Origin: Candidatus Altiarchaeales archaeon
Lineage (GTDB): Archaea > Altiarchaeota > Altiarchaeia > IMC4 > SCGC-AAA252-I15
NCBI GenBank assembly: GCA_014727915.1
Contig: WJMO01000006.1
Span: 352,001-416,000, forward strand
Length of the DNA: 64,000 nucleotides
Direction: 5' to 3'
The translations under genes were made by a program, and so were the position numbers. The notes below the pieces were generated by a model, which was not told the origin of the DNA, did no database searches, and saw only the letters and a program-made list of their open reading frames with translations. Positions 17,218 through 27,570 of the stretch are shown here, piece after piece. How positions within the stretch are numbered: the stretch's first letter is position 1; each line of letters starts with the position of its first letter.

Positions 17218-18252
17218 ATGAACGTCAGAGAGCGCATGAGGCCCTGGATAGGGGAGATAAGCAACTACGTTCCCGGAGAGTACAGGGAAGGGTATGTCAA
17301 GCTGGCCAGCAACGAGAACAACTACGGGCCAAGCCCCAAGGTCGTTGAAGCGCTCAGGCAATGGAGCGGCAGGACCCAGATCTACCCCTACAGGGGGGAG
17401 GAGCTGAGGGAGAAGCTGGCAGAGTACGTAGGCGTGAAAAAGGAGAATATCGTGTGCGGCAACGGCAGCGACGAGCTCATCGACCTGGTGGTTAAAGCCT
17501 TCAAGGGGCCGAACGCAGGAAGCTATCCCTCATTCGCGGAATATCCAATCGTCTCACGGATAAACGGTGAAAAATACACTCCAGTAAAATTAGAGGATGA
17601 CTTCGCATTCAACGCGGAGAAATTCCTTGCGGGCGCGGGGGACTGCAACCTAATGTTCCTATGCACCCCCAACAACCCGACCGGGCTCTCAATACCGGAA
17701 GGAGAGATTATGAAGGTGGTAGAGTCAGGCAAGATTGTGGTCGTGGACGAAGCCTACTACGAGTTCAGCGGAAAGACCGTGGTAGGGCGGATAAGGGACA
17801 ACCCGAACATGATAGTGTTGCGGACGATGGCAAAATCATTCGCCCTAGCCGGCCTAAGGATAGGATACGCAGTGGCGGACCCGGAGGTCATAGAAGCGTT
17901 GTTGAAGGTGAAGCCGCCATTCAACGTTAACACACTCGCCGAGGCGGCTGCCATAGCCGCGCTGGACGACATAGAGTACATGGAAGAGACAGTCAAGAAG
18001 GTGAAGTTGGGCAAGGAGGCCATATACAAGGCGTTGAAGGGCAAGTTCAAGCCTTTGGAGAGCGACAGCAACTTCGTGTTCGCGGACGTCACCCCCATGA
18101 CCTCGGAGGAGTTCGCGGAAAAGCTTCTCGAAGCCAGGATAACCGTCAGGAGATTCGGGAAACTGGAGGGATACCCTGGAGACTACGTGCGAGTGAACGC
18201 TGGAACGGAAGAGGAGAACATGAAGTTCGCGGAAGCTCTTAGTAAGATGTGA
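17218..18252 (+). CDS. hisC: Histidinol-phosphate aminotransferase
   Basis: KLASNEN, GNGSDE, PNNPTG, DEAYYEF, RTMAKSFALAGLRIGY. Confidence 0.95.
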   Translation: MNVRERMRPWIGEISNYVPGEYREGYVKLASNENNYGPSPKVVEALRQWSGRTQIYPYRGEELREKLAEYVGVKKENIVCGNGSDELIDLVVKAFKGPNAGSYPSFAEYPIVSRINGEKYTPVKLEDDFAFNAEKFLAGAGDCNLMFLCTPNNPTGLSIPEGEIMKVVESGKIVVVDEAYYEFSGKTVVGRIRDNPNMIVLRTMAKSFALAGLRIGYAVADPEVIEALLKVKPPFNVNTLAEAAAIAALDDIEYMEETVKKVKLGKEAIYKALKGKFKPLESDSNFVFADVTPMTSEEFAEKLLEARITVRRFGKLEGYPGDYVRVNAGTEEENMKFAEALSKM

Positions 18253-18261
18253 GGAAAAAAC

Positions 18262-19212
18262 TCACTTCTTCATCTTGACAGCCTCCTCGGCTGCCTTGAC
18301 TATGTCGGCTGACTTAAGGTTGTACATTTGAAGCAGGTCCTCGGCGGAGCCCGACTTTCCGAAACGGTCCCTTATCCCAACACGCCGCATCGGCGTCGGA
18401 CAGTCCTCGGCCAATGCTTCAGCCAACGCACTGCCCAAGCCTCCGTGTATGCTATGCTCCTCAACGGAGACTACAGCCCCGGTTTCCTTAGCTGCTTTGG
18501 CGACAAATTCACGGTCAAGAGGTTTGATCGTGTGCATGTTGAGCAGACTGGCGGATATGCCCTTCTTCTTGAGTTCCGCGGCTGCTTGTATGGCCTCGGA
18601 AACCATGTAGCCGCAGGCGAAGATGGAAACGTCAGAGCCTTCGAGCAGCTTTCTGGGCTTGTCGGTGAACTTCCCATAGTCTTCGAACAAGACAGGGCTC
18701 TTCTCCCGGGTCAGCCTCATGTAGATGGGCCCCTCGTATCTCGCGGCAGCCCTTACCATGGCACGGGTCTCAACAGGGTCCGCGGGAACCTGCACCTTCA
18801 TCCCAGGTATCACCCTCATCAGGGATAGGTCCTCGATTATCTGATGGCTGCTACCGTCCTTGCCAACGGTTATGCCAGCGTGGGTAAGCACGATCTTCAC
18901 GTTCAAGCTGTCATAGGCTATGGTGTTCCTTATCTGCTCCCAACCCCTGCCGGCGCCGAACATGGCGAACGCGCTCGTGAAAACCGTCTTGCCCGCTAGG
19001 GCCAACCCCGCGGACAATCCCATCAGGTTCTGCTCCGCGCAGCCTACGTTGAAGAATCGGTCAGGGTACTCCCTGGCGAACATGATGGTCTGCGTTGAAG
19101 AGCTGAGGTCCGCGTCGACCACTACTATGTTCGGGTCTTCCCCTCCCAACTCTACCAAGGTTTCCCCATATGCCTTCCTCGTGTGCTCCTTGGTATCGCA
19201 TGTTAGTTTCAT
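18262..19212 (-). CDS. Transketolase, C-terminal subunit
   Basis: DADLSSST, NVGCAEQN, GKDGSSHQ, EEHSIHGGLGS. Confidence 0.95.
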   Translation of the reverse strand: MKLTCDTKEHTRKAYGETLVELGGEDPNIVVVDADLSSSTQTIMFAREYPDRFFNVGCAEQNLMGLSAGLALAGKTVFTSAFAMFGAGRGWEQIRNTIAYDSLNVKIVLTHAGITVGKDGSSHQIIEDLSLMRVIPGMKVQVPADPVETRAMVRAAARYEGPIYMRLTREKSPVLFEDYGKFTDKPRKLLEGSDVSIFACGYMVSEAIQAAAELKKKGISASLLNMHTIKPLDREFVAKAAKETGAVVSVEEHSIHGGLGSALAEALAEDCPTPMRRVGIRDRFGKSGSAEDLLQMYNLKSADIVKAAEEAVKMKK

Positions 19213-20030
19213 ACCAGCTCCTTCAACGCCTCGCAAAGTTGTTCCCTGCTCAAAGGCTTACCGTGGAATTCAGCGACGTTCTCCATGAAAGACACTCCCT
19301 TGCCCTTGGTTGTGTTGGCTATTAACACCGTGGGAGAGTCCTTCAGAAGCTCCGCCTCATCCAAGGCGTTTATTATCTCTTCGAAGTTGTGGCCGTCCAC
19401 TGTGAGTACATTCCAGCCGAAACCGCTCCACTTGTCGGCGAGAGGCTCGATGGACATTACCTCCTCGGTGCTCCCGTCGATCTGAAGGCTGTTACGGTCC
19501 ACGACGACACATAGGTTGTCAAGCCTGTAATGGGCAGCCGACATCGCAGCCTCCCAGATCTGACCCTCCTGAGACTCCCCATCGCCCAATATGACATAGA
19601 CACGATAGTCCCTCTTGTCCAATTTGCCAGCCAACGCAATCCCGCACGCTACGCTCAACCCCTGACCCAGCGAACCGGTCGAAACATCCACCCCAGGTAT
19701 GCTCTTCCGGCAGGGATGGCCTTCAAGGAAGCTGTCCGCATGGCGGAACCTCTTCAGCTCCTTGACAGGAATGTAACCGGACTCGGCAAGCACACTGTAC
19801 AGCGCAGGGGCGGCATGCCCCTTGCTAAGCACGAACCGGTCCCTGTCAACCCATTCCGGGTCAGCAGAGCGGTGGCGCATTTTGTAGAAATATAGAGTGA
19901 CAATGACCTCCAAGGCGGACATGGAACCTCCGGGGTGGCCTGACCCCGCCTCTGTTGTCATCTCGAGGATGTGCTTGCGTACAGCCTTAGCCTTCGAATT
20001 CAAAAGTTTTATAGTGTCCTGGTCCACCAT
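19209..20030 (-). CDS. Transketolase, N-terminal subunit
   Basis: SGHPGGS, RDRFVLSKGH, STGSLGQG, TPP motif GDGESQEG. Confidence 0.96.
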   Translation of the reverse strand: MVDQDTIKLLNSKAKAVRKHILEMTTEAGSGHPGGSMSALEVIVTLYFYKMRHRSADPEWVDRDRFVLSKGHAAPALYSVLAESGYIPVKELKRFRHADSFLEGHPCRKSIPGVDVSTGSLGQGLSVACGIALAGKLDKRDYRVYVILGDGESQEGQIWEAAMSAAHYRLDNLCVVVDRNSLQIDGSTEEVMSIEPLADKWSGFGWNVLTVDGHNFEEIINALDEAELLKDSPTVLIANTTKGKGVSFMENVAEFHGKPLSREQLCEALKELV

Positions 20031-20065
20031 GCCAACCACGCGTGGATAGTATTCGACCTTCTCGG

Positions 20066-20722
20066 TTAAAAATGTTTCCTCAGCTCCGACACCGCAGATG
20101 ATATCCCGCGGGGGTGCTTGAATATGTATGATCCCGCCACCAGAACATCAGCCCCAGCCTCTGATATGGACTTGGCCGTGTCGGCATTTACGCCCCCATC
20201 GACTTCCAGTAGGGTTCTGAGCCCTTGGTCGTCTATAACAGACCTGGCAGACCTTATCTTATCCAAGACCTCCACCTTGAACTTCTGCCCTCCGAAACCG
20301 GGCTCAACACCCATGAACAATAACATATCCAGGTCTCCGATCACCTCCAATACCTTCTCGAGAGGTGTTCCAGGGTTTAGTGAGACTCCTACCCTGGCGC
20401 CCGTCTCAGACACCTTCCTGACCGAGTTCTTAAGGTCCATGCATGCCTCCGCATGTATGGTGATGTAATCGGCGCCGGCAGACCTGAAATCCCCAACGTA
20501 CCTCACAGGGTCGAGTATCATAAGATGAACGTCCAATGTCAAGTCGGTGGCCGGCCTCAAAGACTTCAGAACCGGTATTCCAACGCTTATGTTTGGCACG
20601 AAACACCCGTCCATCACGTCAAAGTGTATCCACTCCACCCCCGCCTCGCCGGCTGCCGCTACCTCCTCCCCCAGGCGGGTGAAATCCGCCGACAGGATGG
20701 AGGCTGCAATGATCTTACCCAT
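20066..20722 (-). CDS. rpe: Ribulose-phosphate 3-epimerase
   Basis: SILSADF, HFDVMDG.FVPN, DVHLM, PGFGGQ, VDGG. Confidence 0.96.
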   Translation of the reverse strand: MGKIIAASILSADFTRLGEEVAAAGEAGVEWIHFDVMDGCFVPNISVGIPVLKSLRPATDLTLDVHLMILDPVRYVGDFRSAGADYITIHAEACMDLKNSVRKVSETGARVGVSLNPGTPLEKVLEVIGDLDMLLFMGVEPGFGGQKFKVEVLDKIRSARSVIDDQGLRTLLEVDGGVNADTAKSISEAGADVLVAGSYIFKHPRGISSAVSELRKHF

Positions 20723-21638
20723 TTCGAACCCACTCCACAGTCTTTGACAAACCATCCCTCAAACCCGTCACAGGCTTCCAGCCCAGTTCCCCGTCAGCCA
20801 ACGAGACGTCAAGGTATATGTGCCTGACCTCGCCCGGGACAGTGTCCGAGTGCTCGGGCTCCACGTCAACCCCCATGGCATCGATCAGCTCCGCTGTTAT
20901 GTCGTTCACCGACGTCTCGACACCTGAGCCGATGTTGTAAACCCCTGACTTCCCGCTCTCCCTCAGACCCGCGAGGTTAGCCCCTGCTATGTCGGCAACG
21001 TAGCAGAAGTCCCGCGTCTGGCCGCCGTCGCCGAATATCACGGGAGGCCTGCCCTCATGCAACAGTCCGGCGAATATGGCTATCACGCCCGCTTCCCCCA
21101 AGGGATCCTGCCTTGGCCCATAGACGTTCCCATACCTGAGTATGTTATAGTCCAGGCCATAGTTTTCAGCGTATAGTTCGACGTATTTTTCCCCCGCATA
21201 CTTGGAAACGCCATATGGGCAGAGGGGGGCTATCGGGTGGCCTTCGCCAACGGGATTTTGCTCAGGCTCGCCGTATACTGCGCCTCCAGAAGAAGCATAG
21301 ACTATCCTCTCCACCCCGTTCTTCCTGCAGGACTCCAGCAGGTTGACCGTCCCCATGATGTTTATGCCAGCATCGTATATTGGGTCCTTAAAGCTTTCCC
21401 TTACGTTTATCTGAGCGGCCAAATGCACCACGAAATCCGGCTTCTCCTCCTTGAAGACCTGATCCAGCTTGGACGAGGACACGTCCGCCTTATGGAAATG
21501 AACTGCGGGGTTTAGGTTCTCGCGTTTTCCTGTTGAGAGATCATCCACTACTGCAACATCGTATCCTTCCTCCAAGAGCAGGTCCACAGTGTTGCTGCCT
21601 ATGAACCCAGCACCCCCGGTGACGAGGACCTTACTCAT
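20715..21638 (-). CDS. galE: UDP-glucose 4-epimerase-like extended SDR
   Basis: [37 protein letters not shown]. Confidence 0.88.
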   Translation of the reverse strand: MSKVLVTGGAGFIGSNTVDLLLEEGYDVAVVDDLSTGKRENLNPAVHFHKADVSSSKLDQVFKEEKPDFVVHLAAQINVRESFKDPIYDAGINIMGTVNLLESCRKNGVERIVYASSGGAVYGEPEQNPVGEGHPIAPLCPYGVSKYAGEKYVELYAENYGLDYNILRYGNVYGPRQDPLGEAGVIAIFAGLLHEGRPPVIFGDGGQTRDFCYVADIAGANLAGLRESGKSGVYNIGSGVETSVNDITAELIDAMGVDVEPEHSDTVPGEVRHIYLDVSLADGELGWKPVTGLRDGLSKTVEWVRNG

Positions 21639-22570
21639 GAAACGACCTCTTTGAAGTAGTCGATGGTCTTCGAAAGCCCCTCCCTCAAATGGACCTTAGG
21701 CTTCCAGCCCAGTACCTCCCCCGCAAGGGCGATGTCAGGGCACCTTACCTTGGGGTCGTCCTCGGGCAGGGGCTCGAATCCTATCTTCGACTTTGAGCCG
21801 GTCAATTCTATTATGATCTCAGCCAGCTCCAGCATGTTAAACTCTCCCGGGTTACCGACGTTCACCGGCTCATGGTAGTCGGATTCCATCAGCTTCAATA
21901 TGCCCTCTACCTGGTCCGTTATGTAGCAGAAGCTCCTGGTCTGCTTACCATCGCCGAAAACTGACAGGTCCTCTCCCTTGAGGGCCTGGGATATGAAGGT
22001 GGGTACGACACGCCCATCGTCTATGCGCATCCTGGGACCGTAAGTGTTGAATATGCGGACTATCCTCGTGTCTATGGCATGGGTTCGATGGTATGCCATG
22101 ACAAGGGCCTCGCTGAACCTCTTAGCCTCGTCATACACCGACCTGGGACCTATGGGGTTCACGTTACCCCAGTAGGACTCCGGCTGCGGGTGGACCAGCG
22201 GGTCACCATAAACTTCGGACGTCGAAGCCTGGAGGTACCGGGAGCCCTTCGCCTTGGCCACGCCCAAAGTGTTCAACGTGCCAAGCGAATCAACCTTCAT
22301 CGTCTGTATCGGGAGCTTCTGGTAGTCTATGGGGCTGGCGGGGCACGCAAAATGAAGTATGTAATCTAGGTCGCCTTCGACCTCTATGTATTTGCTAACG
22401 TCATGCTCTATGAACTCGAAGTCCTTCTCCCCGAGAAGATGGTCTATGTTGCGCATGGAACCAGTAAGCAGATTGTCCATGCATATGACATGCCATCCCC
22501 CGCCCAGAAGCCTGTCGCATAGGTGCGAGCCTATGAAACCCGCGCCGCCCGTGACCAACACCCTCTTCAT
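21635..22570 (-). CDS. uxs: UDP-glucuronate decarboxylase (UDP-xylose synthase family)
   Basis: [52 protein letters not shown]. Confidence 0.93.
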   Translation of the reverse strand: MKRVLVTGGAGFIGSHLCDRLLGGGWHVICMDNLLTGSMRNIDHLLGEKDFEFIEHDVSKYIEVEGDLDYILHFACPASPIDYQKLPIQTMKVDSLGTLNTLGVAKAKGSRYLQASTSEVYGDPLVHPQPESYWGNVNPIGPRSVYDEAKRFSEALVMAYHRTHAIDTRIVRIFNTYGPRMRIDDGRVVPTFISQALKGEDLSVFGDGKQTRSFCYITDQVEGILKLMESDYHEPVNVGNPGEFNMLELAEIIIELTGSKSKIGFEPLPEDDPKVRCPDIALAGEVLGWKPKVHLREGLSKTIDYFKEVVS

Positions 22571-23445
22571 CTGTACTTTGCCTCCACTTCATCCGCGTTG
22601 AAGTTTGAAAAGTATTCCCTCAGTCGGGGACCGACTTCCTCGTGCAGGAGACCGTATTCGAGGGAAGCCTTCAAGTATTCGAACTTGTTGCCAAGGTCAT
22701 GGCGGACACCCTCGAACTCCCAACCATACATCTCCTCCTTCTTGCTCAATCTCATGAGGCCGTCCGTCAGCTGTATCTCACCGCCACGTCCCTTCTTGGT
22801 CTTCTTAAGCTCTTCGAATATCCCGGGGGTCAGGAGGTACCTCCCTATTATCCCCAGGTTGGAAGGAGAATCCTCCGGCTTAGGCTTCTCCACCAGATGG
22901 GTTATCCTATGAAGGCCAGGACCAACCTCGGTGCCGTCGATTATTCCATAGCTGGATATCATGTGTTCCGGGACCTTCTCCACCGCGATTATCGACGCCT
23001 TATGCTTGTAGTATAGCTCGAAAAGCTGCTTGGTGCAGGGCTTCTTGGAGAAGACTATGTCATCGCCCAACAGCACCGCGAATGGCTCGTCCCCCACGTG
23101 CTTCTCGGCTCTCAGTATCGCATGCCCCAGGCCCAACGCCTCCTTCTGCCTTATGAAGTGTATGTCCACCATGCTGGCTATGTCAGCGACCATCTCCTTC
23201 AGGTCTTCCTTCCCCTTCTTGTCCAACACCGCCTCCAACTCCACGCTGTGGTCGAAGTGGTCCTCGATCACACGCTTGCCCCTTCCGGTTATTATGATTA
23301 TGTCGTCTATCCCCGAGTCCACGCACTCCTCAACAACGAACTGTATGCTGGGCTTGTCCACGAGGGGCAGCATCTCCTTGGGCTGGCTCTTAGTCGCAGG
23401 GAGGAAGCGGGTGCCCAAGCCAGCGGCGGGTATCACAGCCTTCAT
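22567..23445 (-). CDS. galU: UTP--glucose-1-phosphate uridylyltransferase
   Basis: [35 protein letters not shown]. Confidence 0.96.
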   Translation of the reverse strand: MKAVIPAAGLGTRFLPATKSQPKEMLPLVDKPSIQFVVEECVDSGIDDIIIITGRGKRVIEDHFDHSVELEAVLDKKGKEDLKEMVADIASMVDIHFIRQKEALGLGHAILRAEKHVGDEPFAVLLGDDIVFSKKPCTKQLFELYYKHKASIIAVEKVPEHMISSYGIIDGTEVGPGLHRITHLVEKPKPEDSPSNLGIIGRYLLTPGIFEELKKTKKGRGGEIQLTDGLMRLSKKEEMYGWEFEGVRHDLGNKFEYLKASLEYGLLHEEVGPRLREYFSNFNADEVEAKYR

Positions 23446-23571
23446 AGTGGATAACACATATGGGACCTTCCTTTTAAATAATATCCAAGGGCCGAGCCTG
23501 GTTGGGATAATCCAAATAGTATCCCCAAGGTAAGTGAAATGTTTTTTAGCCTTCCAGGACAGATATTATTA

Positions 23572-24135
23572 ATGCACAGGGTTTATGCGGTTGACTTTGA
23601 CGGAACGCTCTGCGATACGTCTTCTCTCAAACAGGAATATCTGCTCAACAACCACGGGGTGATCGTCTGCCCATGCAACACCAACAGAACATACCTTACC
23701 AGGGAGAAAGGCCATATCTCTGAGGAGGATTATGATGCCATGGTCGAGTTCGTTGGGAGCAGGGAGGCCACATTATCAGCCAAACCGGTGCCAGGAGCGG
23801 TCGAAGCCGTGAAGAGAATGTCCGAATCAGGGAGGGTTTTCATCCTGACAGCCAGGAGGGGAAGCCAGTTGGACTCTGCGAGGGAGTGGAGTAGAAAAAA
23901 CGGGCTGGAAGATTTCATAGAGGGATACATCTCATCCCGCCATTTCACGGAAGACAAGATGCGCATATGCAGCAGCCTCAACATCAGATACCTGATAGAC
24001 GACGACCCAGGGAATCTGGACCAACGCAGCCAGGAGGTGGAGGGCATAATCTTCAGGAACGGGTGCGCGCTTGAGGATAGCATGAGCGCGGCCTGCGCTG
24101 TCGACTGGCAGCAGGCACTGGCCTACATGCAGTAG
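23572..24135 (+). CDS. HAD-superfamily hydrolase (5'-nucleotidase-like)
   Basis: DFDGT motif I, ILTAR motif II, LIDD motif IV. Confidence 0.8.
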   Translation: MHRVYAVDFDGTLCDTSSLKQEYLLNNHGVIVCPCNTNRTYLTREKGHISEEDYDAMVEFVGSREATLSAKPVPGAVEAVKRMSESGRVFILTARRGSQLDSAREWSRKNGLEDFIEGYISSRHFTEDKMRICSSLNIRYLIDDDPGNLDQRSQEVEGIIFRNGCALEDSMSAACAVDWQQALAYMQ

Positions 24136-24136
24136 C

Positions 24137-25426
24137 CTACCAGCAGAGACCCTCGTACTCCACGTCATCAGCCAGGAGGTCAACGTTCAATATGTGCCTC
24201 GAGTCGACCACCCGCTTCTTCTTCATGGGCGAGAAGTCGACTGTCTTGAATTCAGGCCACTCGGTAACTATGACGGCGAGCTCGCTGTCCTTCAACGCGT
24301 CCTTGACCGTAGACGCATATTTGATGCTGTCCTTGAAATGGTCCTTAGCGTTATCGATGGCCTCGGGGTCGTATGCGGTAATCTCGGCACCTTCCTCAAT
24401 CAGTCCCCTGACTATGGGTACGGACGGGCTCTCCCGCATGTCGTCCGTGCCGGCCTTGAACGCCAAGCCCAAGACGGTCACCTTGGCGCCCTTCAGTTCA
24501 TACTTGGACCTGACTAGGTCCAACAGTACCTGCGGCTGCCTGGCGTTGACCTCCAGCACCGCATTCAACAGTATAGGATCAACATCCACTTCCTGGGCCT
24601 TATGAACCATTGCCTTGACGTCCTTCGGGAAGCAGCTACCCCCGAATCCAGGGCCGGCGTTCAGGAAAGAGGGGGATATTCGATGGTCCAATCCTACGCC
24701 CTTAGCGACATCGTAGACGTTGACATTAAGCCTCTTGCACACGTTTCCGATCTCATTGATGAAGCTTATCTTGGTTGCGAGCAGGCTGTTGCTCGTGTAC
24801 TTAATCATCTCCGCGGTCTTCAGGTTAACGCGGAGCACCGGGGCTGTGAAGTCGTAGTAGAGCTTCTCTATGAGGTCGCCGCCCCTCTCGTCCAGGCTGC
24901 CTATGACGATGCGATCGGGGTTCAGGAAGTCGTCCACTGCAACGCCCTCTCGTAGGAACTCCGGGTTCATGACGACGCCGAAGTCCCTTCCAGCCTTCTT
25001 CCCAGACTCCTTCTCCAAGGCGGGTATCACATGCTCTTCTGTGGAGCCGGGTATGATGGTGCTCTTCACCACCACGACATGGTATCCCTTCTTCTTTTTG
25101 AGTATCTTACCCACTTCCCTGCTGACCTCTTTCACATACTTCAGGTTGATGCTGCCATCGTCGTCGGATGGGGTGCCCACGCATATGAAGGTTACGTCGG
25201 TCTTCAGCACGCTGGCCTCCAGGTTCAACGAAGCCTTCAGATTTTCAGGGACTACATGGTCGAGTATCTCCTGAAGGCCCTTCTCGAATATGGGCGGCTT
25301 ACGGGCGTTTATCATGTCCACCTTGCGCTTGTCGATGTCTACGCATATAACGTCATGGTCCTTCTCGGCGAAGCCCGCCGCCGTTATCAAACCAACATAG
25401 CCCGATCCAACCACTGAAATCTTCAT
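24137..25426 (-). CDS. ugd: UDP-glucose 6-dehydrogenase
   Basis: GSGYVG, NPEFLREG, GFGGSCFPKD, TDDMRES. Confidence 0.96.
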   Translation of the reverse strand: MKISVVGSGYVGLITAAGFAEKDHDVICVDIDKRKVDMINARKPPIFEKGLQEILDHVVPENLKASLNLEASVLKTDVTFICVGTPSDDDGSINLKYVKEVSREVGKILKKKKGYHVVVVKSTIIPGSTEEHVIPALEKESGKKAGRDFGVVMNPEFLREGVAVDDFLNPDRIVIGSLDERGGDLIEKLYYDFTAPVLRVNLKTAEMIKYTSNSLLATKISFINEIGNVCKRLNVNVYDVAKGVGLDHRISPSFLNAGPGFGGSCFPKDVKAMVHKAQEVDVDPILLNAVLEVNARQPQVLLDLVRSKYELKGAKVTVLGLAFKAGTDDMRESPSVPIVRGLIEEGAEITAYDPEAIDNAKDHFKDSIKYASTVKDALKDSELAVIVTEWPEFKTVDFSPMKKKRVVDSRHILNVDLLADDVEYEGLCW

Positions 25427-25449
25427 GGGTAAACTATGGCAGAAAACCT

Positions 25450-26247
25450 TTAAAAAAACCCGAGCAGCCAGTCGAAGAGCGATCTCATGAAAGAGGGCCT
25501 AACATCATCCGCGGGGGTTTTCCGGTCTTTTGAGGGGACCGTGCGGGGAGGCCCTGCCAGAGTCGCCCTGCTAGACTCCCCCACGACTATGTTGTCAGAG
25601 CAGATCCTGTGCACTTCCCTTGCAGCCTCCTTACCCCCAGCATCGTTGACGCGGATGAACATCTTCCTTGCTGAATCGGCACTCTCCACGCACTCGGGAT
25701 ACAATGCGTTTCCCTGGTACCTGCGCGCCATTTTTAGGTGGTAGGTTGCGTTTTCGTATGTGCGACTACGCTCGTCGATGAGGTCCAAGAGAGCCTTGGC
25801 CTGGCCCATGCTGATAGGGTCTTCCTCTTGGGAGGATAGGTTATAGCAAGCCATCGCATATTCACGGGCAGACTCGTAGTCGCCAGCCAGGATCATGTCC
25901 TGGGAGGTCAGATAGTATGATTCAGCCATACCATCGGGAGGTAAGTCCTCGCATTGCTCGCTTATCCTGTCGGATAGTATCTTCGCGCTGTGAAGGTATG
26001 ACCTGAAGATTTGGGACTTCACCCTCTTGTCCGGGTCTGGTATGATAGCCTCCTCTTCAACTGCCTCCTCATAGTATCCCTGGTATACGTTGACCGCCAT
26101 CAAAGCGTGGAACGTGGCATTCTGGCAGTCCCCAAGCGCCGAGTATCTCTCAGCCTCCTCAACGTGACGCTTCGCCTTGCTCACGTCATAGGCTGAAACA
26201 GGGAGGTAGAAGAGCAGCAGCAGGACAAAAACGTTCAAGTATTTCAA
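25450..26247 (-). CDS. Exported helical-repeat (TPR-like) protein
   Basis: TTG start overlaps the nadE stop; signal peptide; helical repeats with paired Cys; amphipathic C-terminus SFMRSLFDWLLGFF. Confidence 0.7.
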   Translation of the reverse strand: MKYLNVFVLLLLFYLPVSAYDVSKAKRHVEEAERYSALGDCQNATFHALMAVNVYQGYYEEAVEEEAIIPDPDKRVKSQIFRSYLHSAKILSDRISEQCEDLPPDGMAESYYLTSQDMILAGDYESAREYAMACYNLSSQEEDPISMGQAKALLDLIDERSRTYENATYHLKMARRYQGNALYPECVESADSARKMFIRVNDAGGKEAAREVHRICSDNIVVGESSRATLAGPPRTVPSKDRKTPADDVRPSFMRSLFDWLLGFF

Positions 26248-27029
26248 TTTAACCTTACCATCTCCGGCCTGTTGACCTTGTGCCTGTTGTCCTCCACACG
26301 CCTGCGCACCTTCACAACCTCTTCCTGTCCTATCTTGAGCTTCTCTGCGACCTCGTCTACCATCATCCACTCGTCGAATGAGAGGTGGAGGATCCTGTCA
26401 AGGGTCTTGTAGCCGATGCCAAGCTCGTCCTCGTCGCACTGGCCCTCCCACAAGCCGGCGGTGGGCGCCTTTTTGATTATGGAAGATGGCAGCTTAAGGT
26501 GTTGGGCAAGCTGCCTTACCTGGGTCTTGTACAATGATGCGATGGGAAGGCAGTCGGAGGCGCCGTCACCGTGTTTCGTGAAGTATCCGGTTAACAGCTC
26601 CGTCTTGTTGGATGTGCCGAGCACCAATCTGTTCTCCGTGTTTGCAGTCAGGTATATCAGAAGCATTCGAGCCCGCGCCTTCACGTTCCCAAGATGGCGG
26701 AATCCGATGTCACGGCCGAAAGACGACCTCACAGCATCCACGACACCGTTGATCTCCATGACAGAGTGCCGGACCTTCAGCTTCCCAGCCAGACCGATAG
26801 CATCGTCCAAGTCCGATTTGGGGGTCAATCCCATCTCGGGCAATATGAGGGCGTGAACGTCGACCTTGGCCTTCGCAGCGAGGGAGCATGTGACAGCGGA
26901 ATCAAGTCCTCCGCTCAAGCCCAGCACAACACCTTCCGACTTCGAGCCATCAACCCAGGATGATATTGAGGACGTGACGGTCTTAACCGCCGATTTTAGC
27001 TGTTCGGGGGATAGGCGAAGGGATTCCAT
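26244..27029 (-). CDS. nadE: NH3-dependent NAD+ synthetase
   Basis: GLSGGLDS, GNVKARAR, TKHGDG, KAPTAGLW. Confidence 0.96.
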   Translation of the reverse strand: MESLRLSPEQLKSAVKTVTSSISSWVDGSKSEGVVLGLSGGLDSAVTCSLAAKAKVDVHALILPEMGLTPKSDLDDAIGLAGKLKVRHSVMEINGVVDAVRSSFGRDIGFRHLGNVKARARMLLIYLTANTENRLVLGTSNKTELLTGYFTKHGDGASDCLPIASLYKTQVRQLAQHLKLPSSIIKKAPTAGLWEGQCDEDELGIGYKTLDRILHLSFDEWMMVDEVAEKLKIGQEEVVKVRRRVEDNRHKVNRPEMVRLN

Positions 27030-27085
27030 AACAGTAACATATTGTTTTGAGTTTTTTTTAATTAAAACATGATATAAGTAACGAT

Positions 27086-27535
27086 ATGACCAAGATAGAC
27101 GATGTTGACCTGAAGATCATCAGGGAGCTGAGGGGGGACGGTAGGAGGAGCTTCAGGGAGATAGCGGAGAAGCTGAAGGTCGCGGAAGGCACGGTATACA
27201 ACCGTGTGAACAAGCTGAAGGACATGGGCGTCATAAAGAGCTTCATAGCAGACATAGACTACAGCAAGCTCGGATACGACCTCACAGCAGTGATAGGAGT
27301 GATCGTGAAGGGCGGGCACCTTCCGGAGATAGAGAAGAAGATAGCCGCTGAGAAGAACGTCACCGCAGTCTACGACGTAACGGGACAGTATGACGCGATA
27401 GTCGTCGCCAAGTTCCCTGACAGGACCGAACTTAACAAGCTGGTCAAGAAGCTCACCGCCATGGAGCACGTGGACAGGTCCTATACGATGGTCGTGCTGA
27501 ACGTGGTGAAAGAAATGCACGGCATAGAAGTATAG
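27086..27535 (+). CDS. Lrp/AsnC family transcriptional regulator
   Basis: N-terminal HTH plus RAM domain (VYDVTGQYD). Confidence 0.95.
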   Translation: MTKIDDVDLKIIRELRGDGRRSFREIAEKLKVAEGTVYNRVNKLKDMGVIKSFIADIDYSKLGYDLTAVIGVIVKGGHLPEIEKKIAAEKNVTAVYDVTGQYDAIVVAKFPDRTELNKLVKKLTAMEHVDRSYTMVVLNVVKEMHGIEV

Positions 27536-27570
27536 ACATTTTATGGATAATTTTGAATATTTTGGAAAAA

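Noticed and set aside
23502-23528. Imperfect hairpin TTGGGATA...TATCCCCAA between galU and the HAD gene
   Set aside because: Short, imperfect and single-copy; cannot be told from chance.
26248-26370. N-terminal extension of the exported helical protein
   Set aside because: Overlaps nadE; the signal peptide begins at the TTG at 26247.
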